DNA of 64,000 nt from Myxococcales bacterium. GTDB taxonomy: Bacteria > Myxococcota_A > Polyangia > Polyangiales > DASUME01. The stretch covers positions 3,808,001-3,872,000 of the forward strand of contig JASGJH010000001.1 in assembly GCA_047601445.1 (NCBI GenBank), in the 5' to 3' direction. The notes beneath the pieces were generated by a model, which searched no databases, was not told the DNA's origin, and was given only the letters and a program-made list of their open reading frames with translations. This document shows positions 36,367 through 47,920 of the stretch, piece after piece; the stretch's first letter is position 1; each line of letters starts with the position of its first letter. The position numbers and the translations under genes are program-made.

Positions 36367-39090
36367 ATGGCGATGAATCACTACTCCAATCTGGTCGAGG
36401 CTCCGCGTGGACGGGTATCCCCCGCTTCGGTGCGCGCCCAGCTCGAGCGTATCCGCAGCGACCTGAAGGGCATGCTGCAACATCCGGAGACCGCTGGCGT
36501 GGCGCTGGCCAGCCTGCATGCGGCGCAGATGGACGAGCTGCTGCGGACGCTCTACAGCCAGGCCGGCTTCGACCAGCGCGAGGTGCCGCTTCTGATCGGC
36601 GCCGTGGGTGGCTACGGCCGCGGCGTGCTGGGCTGGAAGAGCGACGTGGATTTGTGCTTCATCACCAACGAGGCGCCCGAGTCGCTGCTGCCGCTGGTGG
36701 ACGAGCTCCTATATCCACTCTGGGATGCGGGGGTCAGCGTGGGACATCAGGTCCTGGCCATCTCGGACGTGATCGACGCGGCGGTGAACGACATCCCCAC
36801 GGCGACGGAGCTGCTCGACTTGCGCCCCGTGGCCGGCACGCTCGCCCTGGCCGAGATCCTCCGAGAATGCTTGTCCATGAGCGTGTTCACGGAGGAGAAG
36901 GTCCCCGACTTCATCGAGCGGCTCGTCGAGCGCACGAACGCGCGCCACCAGCGCTTCGGTGACTCGGTGTACTTGCTCGAGCCCGACGTGAAGAACGGCA
37001 CCGGGGGCCTGCGCGACCTCGACTTCGCGCTGTGGGCGGCGCGAGCGCGCTTCGGCATCTCGCGGCTGCGCGACCTGATGAAGATCGACGTGCTGTCCGC
37101 CGCGCGCGTGCGTGAGGTGGAGAGCGCCATCGACTTCCTGTGGGCCGTGCGTAACAGGCTGCACGAGCAGGCCCGTCGCAAGGCGGATCGCCTGACCTTC
37201 GGAGAGCAGGAGTCGGTGGCGCGCGCCATGGGCTACGGCCGCAAGGTGCACGTGGGTGCGGCCGAGCACTCGCTCCAGCACACGGGTGCGATGATCGAGG
37301 CCTTCATGTCGGACTACTACCGGCACGCACGGGTGATCCGACAGGTCAGCGAGCAAATTTTGGGGCACGCCATGCGCCGCGCGCCTTGCCCCGCGCCCCA
37401 CGAGCAGACGTTCTCTCCGGGCATCGTGACGTGCGAAGGTGGCGTCGGCCTGGAGAACCTGTCGCGGCTCAAGACCGAACCAGCGCTGGCGCTGCAGCTG
37501 TTTGCCGTGGCCGTGGGACTCGAGCTGCCAGTGCTGTCGCGCTCGCGCGACGCGGTGATCCAGGCGGCGAGTGAGGCGGACTTCGGAGCGCGCCTGCGGA
37601 ACGACGTGGAAGCCAAGGGACTGTTCGTGCAGCTCGTGGGGAGCCGTCGGCGCTCGCCCTTCCCCAATCGCTCCATCGTGGGTGAGCTCCACGAGGTCGG
37701 CCTCCTACTCGCGATGGTCCCCGAGTTCGCCCCTGTGGTTGGGCGCGTACACCACGACATCTATCACGTGTACACGGTGGATGTTCACTCGGTGGCCGCC
37801 GTCGATCATCTGCACGCCATGGCGCGCGGCGAGCTCACGCGCGAGCACCCGCTGGCCACCAGCTTGGCCGCCGAGGTCACCAATCACACCATGCTGGCGC
37901 TCGCCACCTTGCTGCATGACGTGGGCAAGGCCATCGGCGGACACGATCACGCCAGCCGGGGCGCCGAAATGGCCCGCACCATCTTGCAGCGGCTCGAGCT
38001 GCCCGCCGAGGACATCGACGATGCTTGCCACTTGATCGACAAACACCTCGCGCTGTACGTCGTGGCCGCGCGCCGTGATCTCGGAGATCCCGCCACCATC
38101 CGCGACTTCGCCAGCGAGGTGTGGGGCCGCGAAGGGCTGCGCGACCTGTACCTGCTCACGGTGGCCGACCTCTCCACCACCAGCCCCAATGCCATGACCA
38201 AATGGAAGGCTGGCATGATGGACGAGCTCTGGCGCGCCACCGACGCATTCCTGGCAGGAAGCGACATCGCCGAGCCGAGCCGCGTCTCACGCCTGCGGGC
38301 CCAGGTGCGCGCGCTGTGGCCTTCCCGCACCAACCTGCAGCCGCTCGATGACTACCTCGACAGCATGCCGGAGCGCTACTTGCTCGCCAATACGCCGGCG
38401 GAGATTGTCGCCCACGCATTGATCGCCACCGAGCCGCGCGAGGGGGCGGTGGCGGCCTCGCTGGTGGCGACCCGTCTCGAGGACGTGATGGAGCTCTGCG
38501 TGGTCACCGAAGGGCGCTCGAGCAAGGGCTTGTGCGTGGTGGCAGGCGATCGACCGGGGCTCCTGGCAGGCATCGCCGCGGCCATCTCGGGCAACCGACT
38601 GCGCATCCAGGCGGCCCAGATTCACTCGCGCACCTTGCGCAGCGGAGGCATGCAGGCCGTGGACCTGTTCTGGGTGCACGTGGCGCCGGGCGACGATCTC
38701 AGCCTCACCGACCGCATGCGCAAGCTACAGCGAGACCTGAACGCCGTGATCACCAACCAGGTCGCACCGCGTGATCTGGTGAAGCGCCAACACAGCTCGC
38801 GCTGGACCGAGCGCGCGCTGCCGGCCGTGGCCACCGAAGTCGTGATCGAACACCAGGCCTCGAGTCAGTACACGGTGATCGAAGTGCTCACCCAGGACCG
38901 TCCCGCGCTGCTCTTCGAGCTCGCCGAGTGCCTGCACGCGCTGGGACTCACGATTCGGGTCGCCAAGATCAGCACCGAAGGCACACGGGTCATCGACGTG
39001 TTCTACGTGAACGAGCTCGACGGCAACAAGGTGGCCCCAGGCGCCCGCACGGACGAGGTTCGCGAGCGGTTGCTGGCCACCTTGCGTTGA
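36367..39090 (+). CDS. glnD: [Protein-PII] uridylyltransferase/uridylyl-removing enzyme (start 36331-36373 uncertain)
   Basis: AVGGYGRG..SDVDL; LEPDVKNGTGGLRD; YHVYTVDVHS; LLHDVGK HD domain; two ACT domains (DRPG, DRPA). Confidence 0.93.
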   Translation: MAMNHYSNLVEAPRGRVSPASVRAQLERIRSDLKGMLQHPETAGVALASLHAAQMDELLRTLYSQAGFDQREVPLLIGAVGGYGRGVLGWKSDVDLCFITNEAPESLLPLVDELLYPLWDAGVSVGHQVLAISDVIDAAVNDIPTATELLDLRPVAGTLALAEILRECLSMSVFTEEKVPDFIERLVERTNARHQRFGDSVYLLEPDVKNGTGGLRDLDFALWAARARFGISRLRDLMKIDVLSAARVREVESAIDFLWAVRNRLHEQARRKADRLTFGEQESVARAMGYGRKVHVGAAEHSLQHTGAMIEAFMSDYYRHARVIRQVSEQILGHAMRRAPCPAPHEQTFSPGIVTCEGGVGLENLSRLKTEPALALQLFAVAVGLELPVLSRSRDAVIQAASEADFGARLRNDVEAKGLFVQLVGSRRRSPFPNRSIVGELHEVGLLLAMVPEFAPVVGRVHHDIYHVYTVDVHSVAAVDHLHAMARGELTREHPLATSLAAEVTNHTMLALATLLHDVGKAIGGHDHASRGAEMARTILQRLELPAEDIDDACHLIDKHLALYVVAARRDLGDPATIRDFASEVWGREGLRDLYLLTVADLSTTSPNAMTKWKAGMMDELWRATDAFLAGSDIAEPSRVSRLRAQVRALWPSRTNLQPLDDYLDSMPERYLLANTPAEIVAHALIATEPREGAVAASLVATRLEDVMELCVVTEGRSSKGLCVVAGDRPGLLAGIAAAISGNRLRIQAAQIHSRTLRSGGMQAVDLFWVHVAPGDDLSLTDRMRKLQRDLNAVITNQVAPRDLVKRQHSSRWTERALPAVATEVVIEHQASSQYTVIEVLTQDRPALLFELAECLHALGLTIRVAKISTEGTRVIDVFYVNELDGNKVAPGARTDEVRERLLATLR

Positions 39091-39120
39091 CCCGCCGCGC
39101 GCCCGAGCCACGCGGGCTCT

Positions 39121-40353
39121 CTACTCGCCCGCATCGTGCTCCGTGGCGGGCGCGAGATCGAGCGCGCGATCCATGCCGTCGAACATGGCCGAGAGAATGC
39201 CGGTGGCGGCGCTGACCTCGGGGATGCCGATGTGATCGGCCGGCGGCTCGAGCCAGCTCGCTGGATCGTCGGGCCCGTAGACGTAGTCCTCGGACGCGCA
39301 GGGCAGCACCTTTTCGCAGCGCGGCGGCCCCAACAAGATGCCCTTGAGATTGTACACCGAGAGCCTGCTCGGATCCGCACCTGCGGCCAGTGCAGCCTCC
39401 ACGTCCTTGCGTAGCTCCGCGCCGTTCTCCAGCGTCTTCCCGTCCTGAAGAATCGGTCCCGGATGCGTCACGCCGAGCGTGAAGCCGAGGTCCTGCTCGG
39501 GAAAGCGCGCGAGCGCCTCCTGCACGTAGCTGTACACGAAGTGGGGCCCGAGCCCGGGTGCCAAGGCGGCGAACGCCGAGCGGTAGACCTGGAAGTCCAG
39601 CTGGTCCCACGACACGCCCTCGACGATCACGCCGAAGTACTGGCGCAGGTCGTCGTCGTCGTCGCGGTAGTCGGCGATGACGGTGGCGATGGCGGAGAGC
39701 TGCGCCTTCCACCCCTGCCCGTGCAGCTCGTCGACCAGCTCCGCGTAGGTGCGCGTGGCCTGGGCGAAGCGCTCCTGATCGATGTGATCGCGCGGCAATG
39801 CCTCGGCGATGTTCATGGAGGAGAGCGCCTCCTGAAGCTCGCGCGATGGCTCCATGTCCACCAGCAGTGTGGTTGGTTTGAGCCCGCGCGCCTGCCACTG
39901 CCGTAGCAGATCTCGCGCGTGAACCGCAAACGCGTCGGCGTTCAGCGCACTCGGGAAGTATCCGTCTGCGAAGCTCAAGACCAGCCAAGGACGCACCTCG
40001 ATGCCGTGCCGGTGCGCGCGCTCGATGGTGGTGAACACGGCGTCCATCGCCTCGGGCAGCGCGAGCTTGTGAACCTGAATGGCGAGGGCGACCGTCAAGT
40101 TATGCTTGGCCAGTAGCGGAAAGGCTCCCTCCACATCGGCGAGCGTCTCCACGTGACGCGGGTCGATGTGCTCATCGCCCTGCGTTCCGTCGTCCTCGAT
40201 AGCCTCTACCGCGACCCCGCCGAAGCCGGCGGGATAGTCATGGGCGGGATCGACGGCGTTGATGTTGGTGGGATGGTCGACGCGCTTGCAGCCCGAGAGG
40301 CCGAACAAGAGCCCGAGGACCACGCTTTCGAGAGGGCGTGACGAGCGCTTCAT
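39121..40353 (-). CDS. Hypothetical lipoprotein, possible TIM-barrel hydrolase fold
   Basis: Lipobox LSG-C; PWLVL..GYF; LLVDMEP. Confidence 0.7.
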   Translation of the reverse strand: MKRSSRPLESVVLGLLFGLSGCKRVDHPTNINAVDPAHDYPAGFGGVAVEAIEDDGTQGDEHIDPRHVETLADVEGAFPLLAKHNLTVALAIQVHKLALPEAMDAVFTTIERAHRHGIEVRPWLVLSFADGYFPSALNADAFAVHARDLLRQWQARGLKPTTLLVDMEPSRELQEALSSMNIAEALPRDHIDQERFAQATRTYAELVDELHGQGWKAQLSAIATVIADYRDDDDDLRQYFGVIVEGVSWDQLDFQVYRSAFAALAPGLGPHFVYSYVQEALARFPEQDLGFTLGVTHPGPILQDGKTLENGAELRKDVEAALAAGADPSRLSVYNLKGILLGPPRCEKVLPCASEDYVYGPDDPASWLEPPADHIGIPEVSAATGILSAMFDGMDRALDLAPATEHDAGE

Positions 40354-40373
40354 GGGGGCTGATTGCCCGTGAT

Positions 40374-40389
40374 TGCACGCAGTGTGCCG
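40374..40389 (-). promoter_or_regulatory. Possible sigma54 promoter for 39121-40353
   Basis: Minus strand reads CGGCACACTGCGTGCA (GG-N10-GC). Confidence 0.45.
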
Positions 40390-40485
40390 CTCGTGTTCCC
40401 AAATGCGCGAGGCTGCGCTCTACGCCGGAAAATGCCCGTGTAAGGCCCCCAACGCAACTCTGTCACGCTAGCTCGAACCGCCTCG

Positions 40486-42043
40486 CTAGGTCCCCACGGC
40501 GGCCATGACTGGAGCGCATTCGCCACGGCGGGGCGAATTGAAGCGCACGCCCGAGCGCTCCCAGAGCCCGCGCTCCAGCGCCGCCACCAACGCCTCGGCT
40601 TGCTCGGGTGAAGGCAGCCCCGCCACCCCAATCAGCTCCGACGCCTGCGGCTCCTCGAGCTCTGCGCGCAGCACACCCACCGCCTCGGCCTGGGCGCGCC
40701 GAATCTGCGCCCGCTCTGCGTACGACAGCTGCGGCAACAGCCACTCGGAGAGCTGCCAGGCCAGGCCGGCATGACGGGTCTCGTCCTGGGCGATGCGCGC
40801 CATCGTCGCGCGAATTTCAGGATCCTCGGCGTGCCAGGACTGAAAGGTCGCGAGCAACGCCGCGAAGGTCTCGTGTACGCAGCCCTCCAGGGCATTGTCC
40901 AGGGCAAGCTCGAAGGCGTTGCGCAACGGACGCTCACCCACCTCGAGCGGGGTCGGCTCAGCCCCGAAACGCGCTGCGATCGCATCCATGAGGCGAGCGT
41001 GCTCCAGCTCGTCCTCCTGGGCGCGGCGCGCTTTGGCCACGAGGTCGCTGGGTGCACCGAGTGCTTCGAGCTCGGCCGCGATGGTCGCGAAGGCCGGCAC
41101 GGACGCCGCCTCGAGGTGCGCCGCATGCGCAAAGAAGCGCGCGAGGGGATCGCGGCTGCGAGGCTCCACACGCGAGCGCAGGTCCGGGGGCCTACGCCCT
41201 GGGACCACACAGCCGTCCGGGTCAGAGGAGACCACCTTCTTGGAGACTAGCTCCGCCCTGCCGGTTGGGCGCACGAGATACGTGATCTCGAGCTGCTCCA
41301 GCGGATGGCACATGTTGCCCATCGCGGCCGAGCGCAGCAACACGCCCTCCGGGACCACTTTGTAGGCGTTCTGGCGGACATCGCCGCAGCCGTAGCTACC
41401 CAGCTCGTCCATCATCAAAACGAGACGCGCTTCAGCAGGGCTATCGATGGTACCGAGAAGTTCGGCGACGTTGTCTGCTGTGTAGAGCTTGACGCTGCTG
41501 CCCTTGGTGGTGGCCACGATATAGGTCGTGCCGCAGGAACCGCTGACGTTACATGGCTCGACCTGCTGCGAGAATGCAGCCTCCGCGTCTTGAAGCTCCT
41601 GCTTGCAAGCGGGGACGTCCGCGGCGCCCTCACAGCGCACGCCGAACTGCGCGAAGCTGTAAGGTGCACCCACCCTACCGACCGACTCGAAGTTGAAGTA
41701 CGTCACCGACGACGCGAACGTGGAGATCCTGCACACGCCAGTCGACGTTTCCGTCCTTGAGGCAGGGAAACTCCGTGAAGCCCAGGTCGGACTCGCCTGC
41801 GTCCGTGTCGACCTGGCCCGCGTCGTCGCCCGCGTCGCGCACCGTGGCGTCGCCGCCGGCGTCGCGGGGGCCCCAACTCTTCCCCTCCGAGGCGGTGTGA
41901 TGCCCAAGACAACCGGCGCTCAAGACCATCCCCAGGCTGGCCTCCCATACCGAGCGTCGAAACAGGAGTTGCAAGAGACGGTCCGTGGTGTCGAAGGCGC
42001 GCGGCGCGTGCGCGGGCTGAGAGCCAGGACGAAAGCCAAGCAT
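40486..42043 (-). pseudogene. Ferritin-like domain lipoprotein interrupted by a single-base frameshift near 41722
   Basis: The N-terminal signal and DAG linker (ORF 41675-42043) and the C-terminal GRRP..LEAASVPAF..DELEHA..NALEGCVHET..DETRHA region (ORF ending 40486) lie in different frames. Confidence 0.7.
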
Positions 42044-42124
42044 GACGACCTCTTAGGGGAGAAGACTAGCGGTCACACTACGGTGTACTCGGGCGCGCGC
42101 CAAGCGAATCACGATCACCCCAAT

Positions 42125-42245
42125 CCCACCCGAAGCCCCTGGTAGCGGAGCGCGGACGGCTTCCCTCTGGCTGGCCGAGAGTCGCCCACCCGAAGCCCCT
42201 GGTAGCGGAGCGCGGACGGCTTCCCTCTGGCTGGCCGAGAGTCGC
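42125..42245 (+). repeat. Perfect 60-bp tandem duplication
   Basis: 42125-42184 is identical to 42185-42244. Confidence 0.95.
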
Positions 42246-42408
42246 GCCATGGATCGAGCGCCACGCCGTGGGGACGGTCATGGGGTCGCTTCTGGTCTTG
42301 GTGCGCAAGGCGCGCAGGAAGCGCGCAGGCTCAGTCTCCGTCGGATCGTTCGCTGATAGGGTCCACCGGTCTCGCTTCGCTTCTGATCGGGGCGCGCCAA
42401 GACTCGGC

Positions 42409-42536
42409 GCCAGAGGGAAGCCGTCCGCACTCCGCTACCAGGGGCCCCGTGTGTTCTCTAAGGCTACTCGAGTGGCGCTCGCCTCATGGCGCGACTCTCG
42501 GTAGCCAGAGGGAAGCCGTCCGCGCTCCGCTGCCAG
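42409..42536 (-). repeat. Two inverted copies of the same repeat core
   Basis: 42409-42445 and 42472-42536 are near reverse complements of CTGGTAGCGGAGCGCGGACGGCTTCCCTCTGGC. Confidence 0.9.
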
Positions 42537-42539
42537 AGG

Positions 42540-44039
42540 TCACGTGAGCCGCAGCCCCCGCGGCACGAGAAAGCGCTCGGCCAACTCGAATGCGCCTTGA
42601 ACCGCGAGCGCGAGCAGCGCGGCCGGGATCGCGCCGCTCAAGATGAGCCCGTAGTCGTCGAGGCGAATGCCGCGCAAGATCGGCTCTCCCAGCCCACCGG
42701 CGCCGATCAGAGCCCCCAGCGTGGCGGTGCCCACGTTGAGCACGGCCGCGGTCTTGATGCCCGACAGGATCGCCCGGGAAGCGAGCGGTAGCTCGACCTT
42801 GAACAGACGCGTGCGCGCCCCCAGCCCGAGCATCAATCCTGCTTCGCGCAGGCCGGGCTCGATGCCCGTGAGGCCTGTGTACGTGTTGCGGACGATGGGC
42901 AGCAGGCTGTAGAGAAACAAGGCGGCGATGGCCGGGGCGGCGCCGATTCCGAGCAGCGGGATCATGAAGACCAGGAGCGCGAGGGAAGGCAGGGTCTGCA
43001 GGGTGGCCACCGCGCCGAGCACGAGTTGGCCGCAGGCACGGTAGCGCGCGGAGAGTACGCCAAGTGGCAGCGCCACCGCGATGGCCGCCATCAACGACGA
43101 GAGCACCAGCACGAGATGTTCGCGCACCGGGCGCCACCACGACGTGAGGTGCGGCGTGCTCGGGACCGCGATGCCCAGTCGCTCGGAGAGCCAGAGCTGC
43201 GCGACCTCGAGCTCACTTTGGTAACCGAACTTCACGCGCGCGTTCAGCTGCCGCATGGTGTCCGCGTCGAGGGTCCCGGCGAGGCGACCGAGCTGCCGTA
43301 CGAGTTCGGGGTGTTCGCGGGCCCAGCGTGCGCGCATGACATAGTGCGCCTGATACTCGGGAAATACCGCACGATCGTCGATGAGTAGCGCCAGCTCGTG
43401 CTCGAGGATCTCGGCGTCCGTGGTGTAGAGGTCGGTCACGTCCACCGCGCCACTCACCAGCCCCCGATAGGCCAGGTCGTGGTCTAGCTCCCGCACTTGT
43501 ACGGTAGCGAGCTGATAGCGCTCGCTCAAGAGGGGCCAGCCGTCGGCGCGCCCCATGAACTCGGCGGTCATGCCGAAGCGCAGCGCCGGGTGGCGCGCGA
43601 GCTCGCTCAAGCGTGTGATGCCGAGGGCACGGGCGCGCTCCCTGCGCATGCCGATGGCGTAGCGATTGTCGAAGCCGAGTGCCTGTCCCAGGGACACACC
43701 GCGATCCGCGAGTTCGCGCGTGAGCGCGCTCGAGTCGTCGGCGCGGATGCGCAGGATCTCGCGGGTCAAGGTGCCGGTGTACTCGGGATAGAGATCGATC
43801 TCTCCTCGCTCGAGCGCACGCCAGAGCACGCGCGTGCCCCCGAGCGCGGCGCGGTGCTCCACCTGAGCGCCCGTCGCGCGCGCGACACCTGCTGCCAGCT
43901 CGGCCAATACCACCGACTCGGTGAACTGCTTGGACCCCACACGCAGCGAGGGTGCCTCTGCGCTCTCGCATGCCAGCGAGCCCAGGAACAGCACGCTCCC
44001 GGCGAGCAGCGCGCTAGCTCGGACGACGGCTCGCCTCAT
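42540..44039 (-). CDS. Glycine betaine/osmoprotectant ABC transporter, fused substrate-binding protein and permease
   Basis: VGSKQFTESVVLAE; YPEYTGT; FDNRYAI; QTLPSLALL; EAG loop; IGAGGLG. Confidence 0.9.
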   Translation of the reverse strand: MRRAVVRASALLAGSVLFLGSLACESAEAPSLRVGSKQFTESVVLAELAAGVARATGAQVEHRAALGGTRVLWRALERGEIDLYPEYTGTLTREILRIRADDSSALTRELADRGVSLGQALGFDNRYAIGMRRERARALGITRLSELARHPALRFGMTAEFMGRADGWPLLSERYQLATVQVRELDHDLAYRGLVSGAVDVTDLYTTDAEILEHELALLIDDRAVFPEYQAHYVMRARWAREHPELVRQLGRLAGTLDADTMRQLNARVKFGYQSELEVAQLWLSERLGIAVPSTPHLTSWWRPVREHLVLVLSSLMAAIAVALPLGVLSARYRACGQLVLGAVATLQTLPSLALLVFMIPLLGIGAAPAIAALFLYSLLPIVRNTYTGLTGIEPGLREAGLMLGLGARTRLFKVELPLASRAILSGIKTAAVLNVGTATLGALIGAGGLGEPILRGIRLDDYGLILSGAIPAALLALAVQGAFELAERFLVPRGLRLT

Positions 44040-44830
44040 CCCGAGGATCCCGTCGGGTGCCCTTCGGGTCCCAGCGGCGGGCGCTGCGAGCTGACGAACT
44101 TGCGCGCGAACTCGTCCACGGGCGAGCCCACGAGCTGCGCGAAGCTGCCTTGCTGTACGATGGTTCCGTCGCGCATCAGCGCCACCCAGTCGGCGAAATG
44201 GGATGCCTCGGCCAGGTCGTGCGTAACCATGAGCACGGCCTTCCCCAAGCGTCGGAAGATCTCGCGCAGCTCCAACTGAAGCTCCGCGCGCGTGATCGGG
44301 TCGAGGGCTCCGAACGGTTCGTCGAGCAACAAGAGGCCGGGGTCGAGCATGAGGGCTCGCATCAAGCCCACCCGCTGACGTTCTCCTCCCGAGAGCTGCA
44401 AGGGGTAGTGGCTCAGGCGCGTCCTGGGCAGCCGCAGCAGCTCACCGAGTGTGTCCATGCGCTCCTCGATGCGCGCCGCGCTCCACTTCAGCTCACGCGC
44501 CACGAGCGCCACGTTGTCGCGCGCGCTCAGGTGCGGAAAGAGTCCGCCGTCCTGCACGCAGTACCCCAGCTTTCGGCGCACCGAGACGACGTTGTCGAGA
44601 TCGAGCCGGGTACCCAGGACGCTCACCTCACCGTGGCTCGGTCGCGCCAGGCCCATGCATAGGCGCAGCACGCTGGATTTTCCGGCGCCGCTGACCCCGA
44701 GCAGCACCCCCGTCTCGGCGTGCCGCAAACGCAGGCTGACCTGCCGCAGGATCTGCGCGGAGCCGACCTGCAGCGAAACCTCCCGCAGTTCGAGCGCCGG
44801 CCCCGCATCTCGACGTTGGTCCATGGACAC
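44036..44830 (-). CDS. Osmoprotectant ABC transporter ATP-binding protein
   Basis: GVSGAGKS; Q..GLFPH; LSGGERQRV; LLLDEPFGALDPITR; VTHD. Confidence 0.92.
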   Translation of the reverse strand: MSMDQRRDAGPALELREVSLQVGSAQILRQVSLRLRHAETGVLLGVSGAGKSSVLRLCMGLARPSHGEVSVLGTRLDLDNVVSVRRKLGYCVQDGGLFPHLSARDNVALVARELKWSAARIEERMDTLGELLRLPRTRLSHYPLQLSGGERQRVGLMRALMLDPGLLLLDEPFGALDPITRAELQLELREIFRRLGKAVLMVTHDLAEASHFADWVALMRDGTIVQQGSFAQLVGSPVDEFARKFVSSQRPPLGPEGHPTGSSG

Positions 44831-44936
44831 GCGCGGACGCGACCTCCTCCAACCAAGAATGTGCTCACGGCTCTTGCTCCCTGCAAACCGTGCATACGTG
44901 TGCGTTTGACGTCGTGACCATCAAGGGAGCCCTACG

Positions 44937-45695
44937 ATGATGCGAACTTCTCTGCGCGTTTTGACGGCATCGCTGGTGATTTCGGCATGTTCCAAGAACG
45001 GAAGCGCCCCCAGTTCCGAGCTACCCATGTCCGAACAGGTGGTCTACGCGCCGGTGAACAGCGAGGTCGAGCCCGTGGAAACCGGACTTGCGCCTGCGGT
45101 GGCCTCGCCCGACCCTGGCGCCGGCGGGCCTGCTGCGACGCCTGGCGTGCCCGATGCCGTGAGCGCGCCGATGGGCGAGGTGGCCGCTGCGCCAGCCCCG
45201 GAGACCGCGGGCATGGGCCAGGTTCAAGCCCTCACGGACGCGCAGATCGTGAAGGTCACCGAGGTCGTCAACAGCGGAGAGATCGAGCAAGCCAAGCTCG
45301 CGCGCAGCAAGTCCAAGTACCCCTCGGTGAAGTCCTTCGCGGCCACGCTGGTCACACAGCACACCAAGGCCAAGCAGGACGAGAAGAGCTTCGTGGCCAA
45401 GCAGCGGCTCGTCCCCGAAGACAGCCCCACGGCCACCGACGTCGGCAGCAAGGTCCAGTCGACACTCGAGGCTCTCAAGGCCACGGACAAGGCCGACTTC
45501 GATCGCCTCTACGTCGATGCCCAGGTGCAGCAGTATCAGGCGGCCCTCAACCTGATCGACGAGCACTTGCTCCCGAGCGCCAGCGACGAGCAGCTCAAGG
45601 CGCGCCTCACGCAGACTCGCACACTGATGGAAGGTCACCTCAGCGCGGCCAAGGAGTTGCAGAGCACGCTGGTCGCGTCGGCCTCCGGCCCCTGA
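44937..45695 (+). CDS. DUF4142-domain lipoprotein
   Basis: Lipobox ISA-C; LTDAQIV..NSGEIEQAKLA; DFDRLYVDAQV; HLSAAKEL. Confidence 0.8.
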   Translation: MMRTSLRVLTASLVISACSKNGSAPSSELPMSEQVVYAPVNSEVEPVETGLAPAVASPDPGAGGPAATPGVPDAVSAPMGEVAAAPAPETAGMGQVQALTDAQIVKVTEVVNSGEIEQAKLARSKSKYPSVKSFAATLVTQHTKAKQDEKSFVAKQRLVPEDSPTATDVGSKVQSTLEALKATDKADFDRLYVDAQVQQYQAALNLIDEHLLPSASDEQLKARLTQTRTLMEGHLSAAKELQSTLVASASGP

Positions 45696-45703
45696 GCAGG
45701 CGC

Positions 45704-45743
45704 TTGCGCAACTCGAGAAGCTCGCACGCCGCTCGTTGCGCAA
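45704..45743. promoter_or_regulatory. Pair of palindromic TTGCGCAA boxes (candidate enhancer sites, or a hairpin)
   Basis: TTGCGCAA at 45704-45711 and 45736-45743, 60-100 bp upstream of a sigma54 promoter. Confidence 0.45.
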
Positions 45744-45803
45744 GAAGACCCGTAGTGGGGCTCCATGGCGGGTCAAACCGCGTGATCGTTGGAGGTTCGG
45801 GGA

Positions 45804-45819
45804 CGGCACGACCGTTGCT
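45804..45819 (+). promoter_or_regulatory. sigma54 -24/-12 promoter of the DUF3455 gene
   Basis: CGGCACGACCGTTGCT, near-perfect match to TGGCACG-N4-TTGCW. Confidence 0.7.
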
Positions 45820-45902
45820 CATGTGGGCATCGCAGCGGACGTACGCGATCTTCGGGTCCAACCCCGATCACGTCGCGTTCGCTCGAACCACAAGAGGAAC
45901 GC

Positions 45903-46480
45903 ATGCCCCTGACCAATAAGACCTTCACCTTGCTCGCCCTCCCCCTCTGTGCGGCCCTGACCGCTTGCGCCGCCGACCCGCAGGACGACGCCGACCTCGT
46001 CGAGTCGGACGAGCTTCCCTCCGAGTCGTCGCAGGCTCTGCAGTCGGTGCCAGAGAGCCTCGCCGTGCCCGCCGGAAACCACCTCGGCTTCTGGCTGCCT
46101 GCCAAGGGCGTGCAGATCTACAAGTGCGCGCTCGCCGCGAGCGGCAGCTACACCTGGACCTTCGTGGAGCCCGAAGCCGACCTGTTCGGCCCATTCGGCA
46201 AGATCGTGGTGGGACACCACTACGTGGGCCCGACCTGGGAGGCCTTCGACGGCAGCACCGTGGTGGCCTCCAAGGTCGCGGGCGAGACGGTCGACGCCAC
46301 GGCAATCCCGTGGCTGCTGCTGAAGGCGGTCTCCAACACGGGTCCGGGCCTGATGGCCAAGGTGACGTACATCCAGCGCCTCTACACGGTGGGAGGCCTC
46401 GCGCCCAGCACGGGCTGCGACGCCGACCACGCGGGCGCCGAAGCCGACGTCCCCTACACCGCGACCTATACCTTCTACCG

Positions 46481-46484
<4 letters not shown>
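45903..46484 (+). CDS. DUF3455-domain lipoprotein
   Basis: AGAGGA RBS; lipobox LTA-C; AKGVQIYKC; HYVGPTWE..DGSTV; IPWLLL; IQRLYTVGG.AP; VPYTATYTFY. Confidence 0.88.

Positions 46485-47916
<1,432 letters not shown>

Positions 47917-47920
<4 letters not shown>

Noticed and set aside
42125..42540. CRISPR array
   Set aside because: The direct copies abut with no unique spacers, the other copies are inverted, and no cas genes are present.
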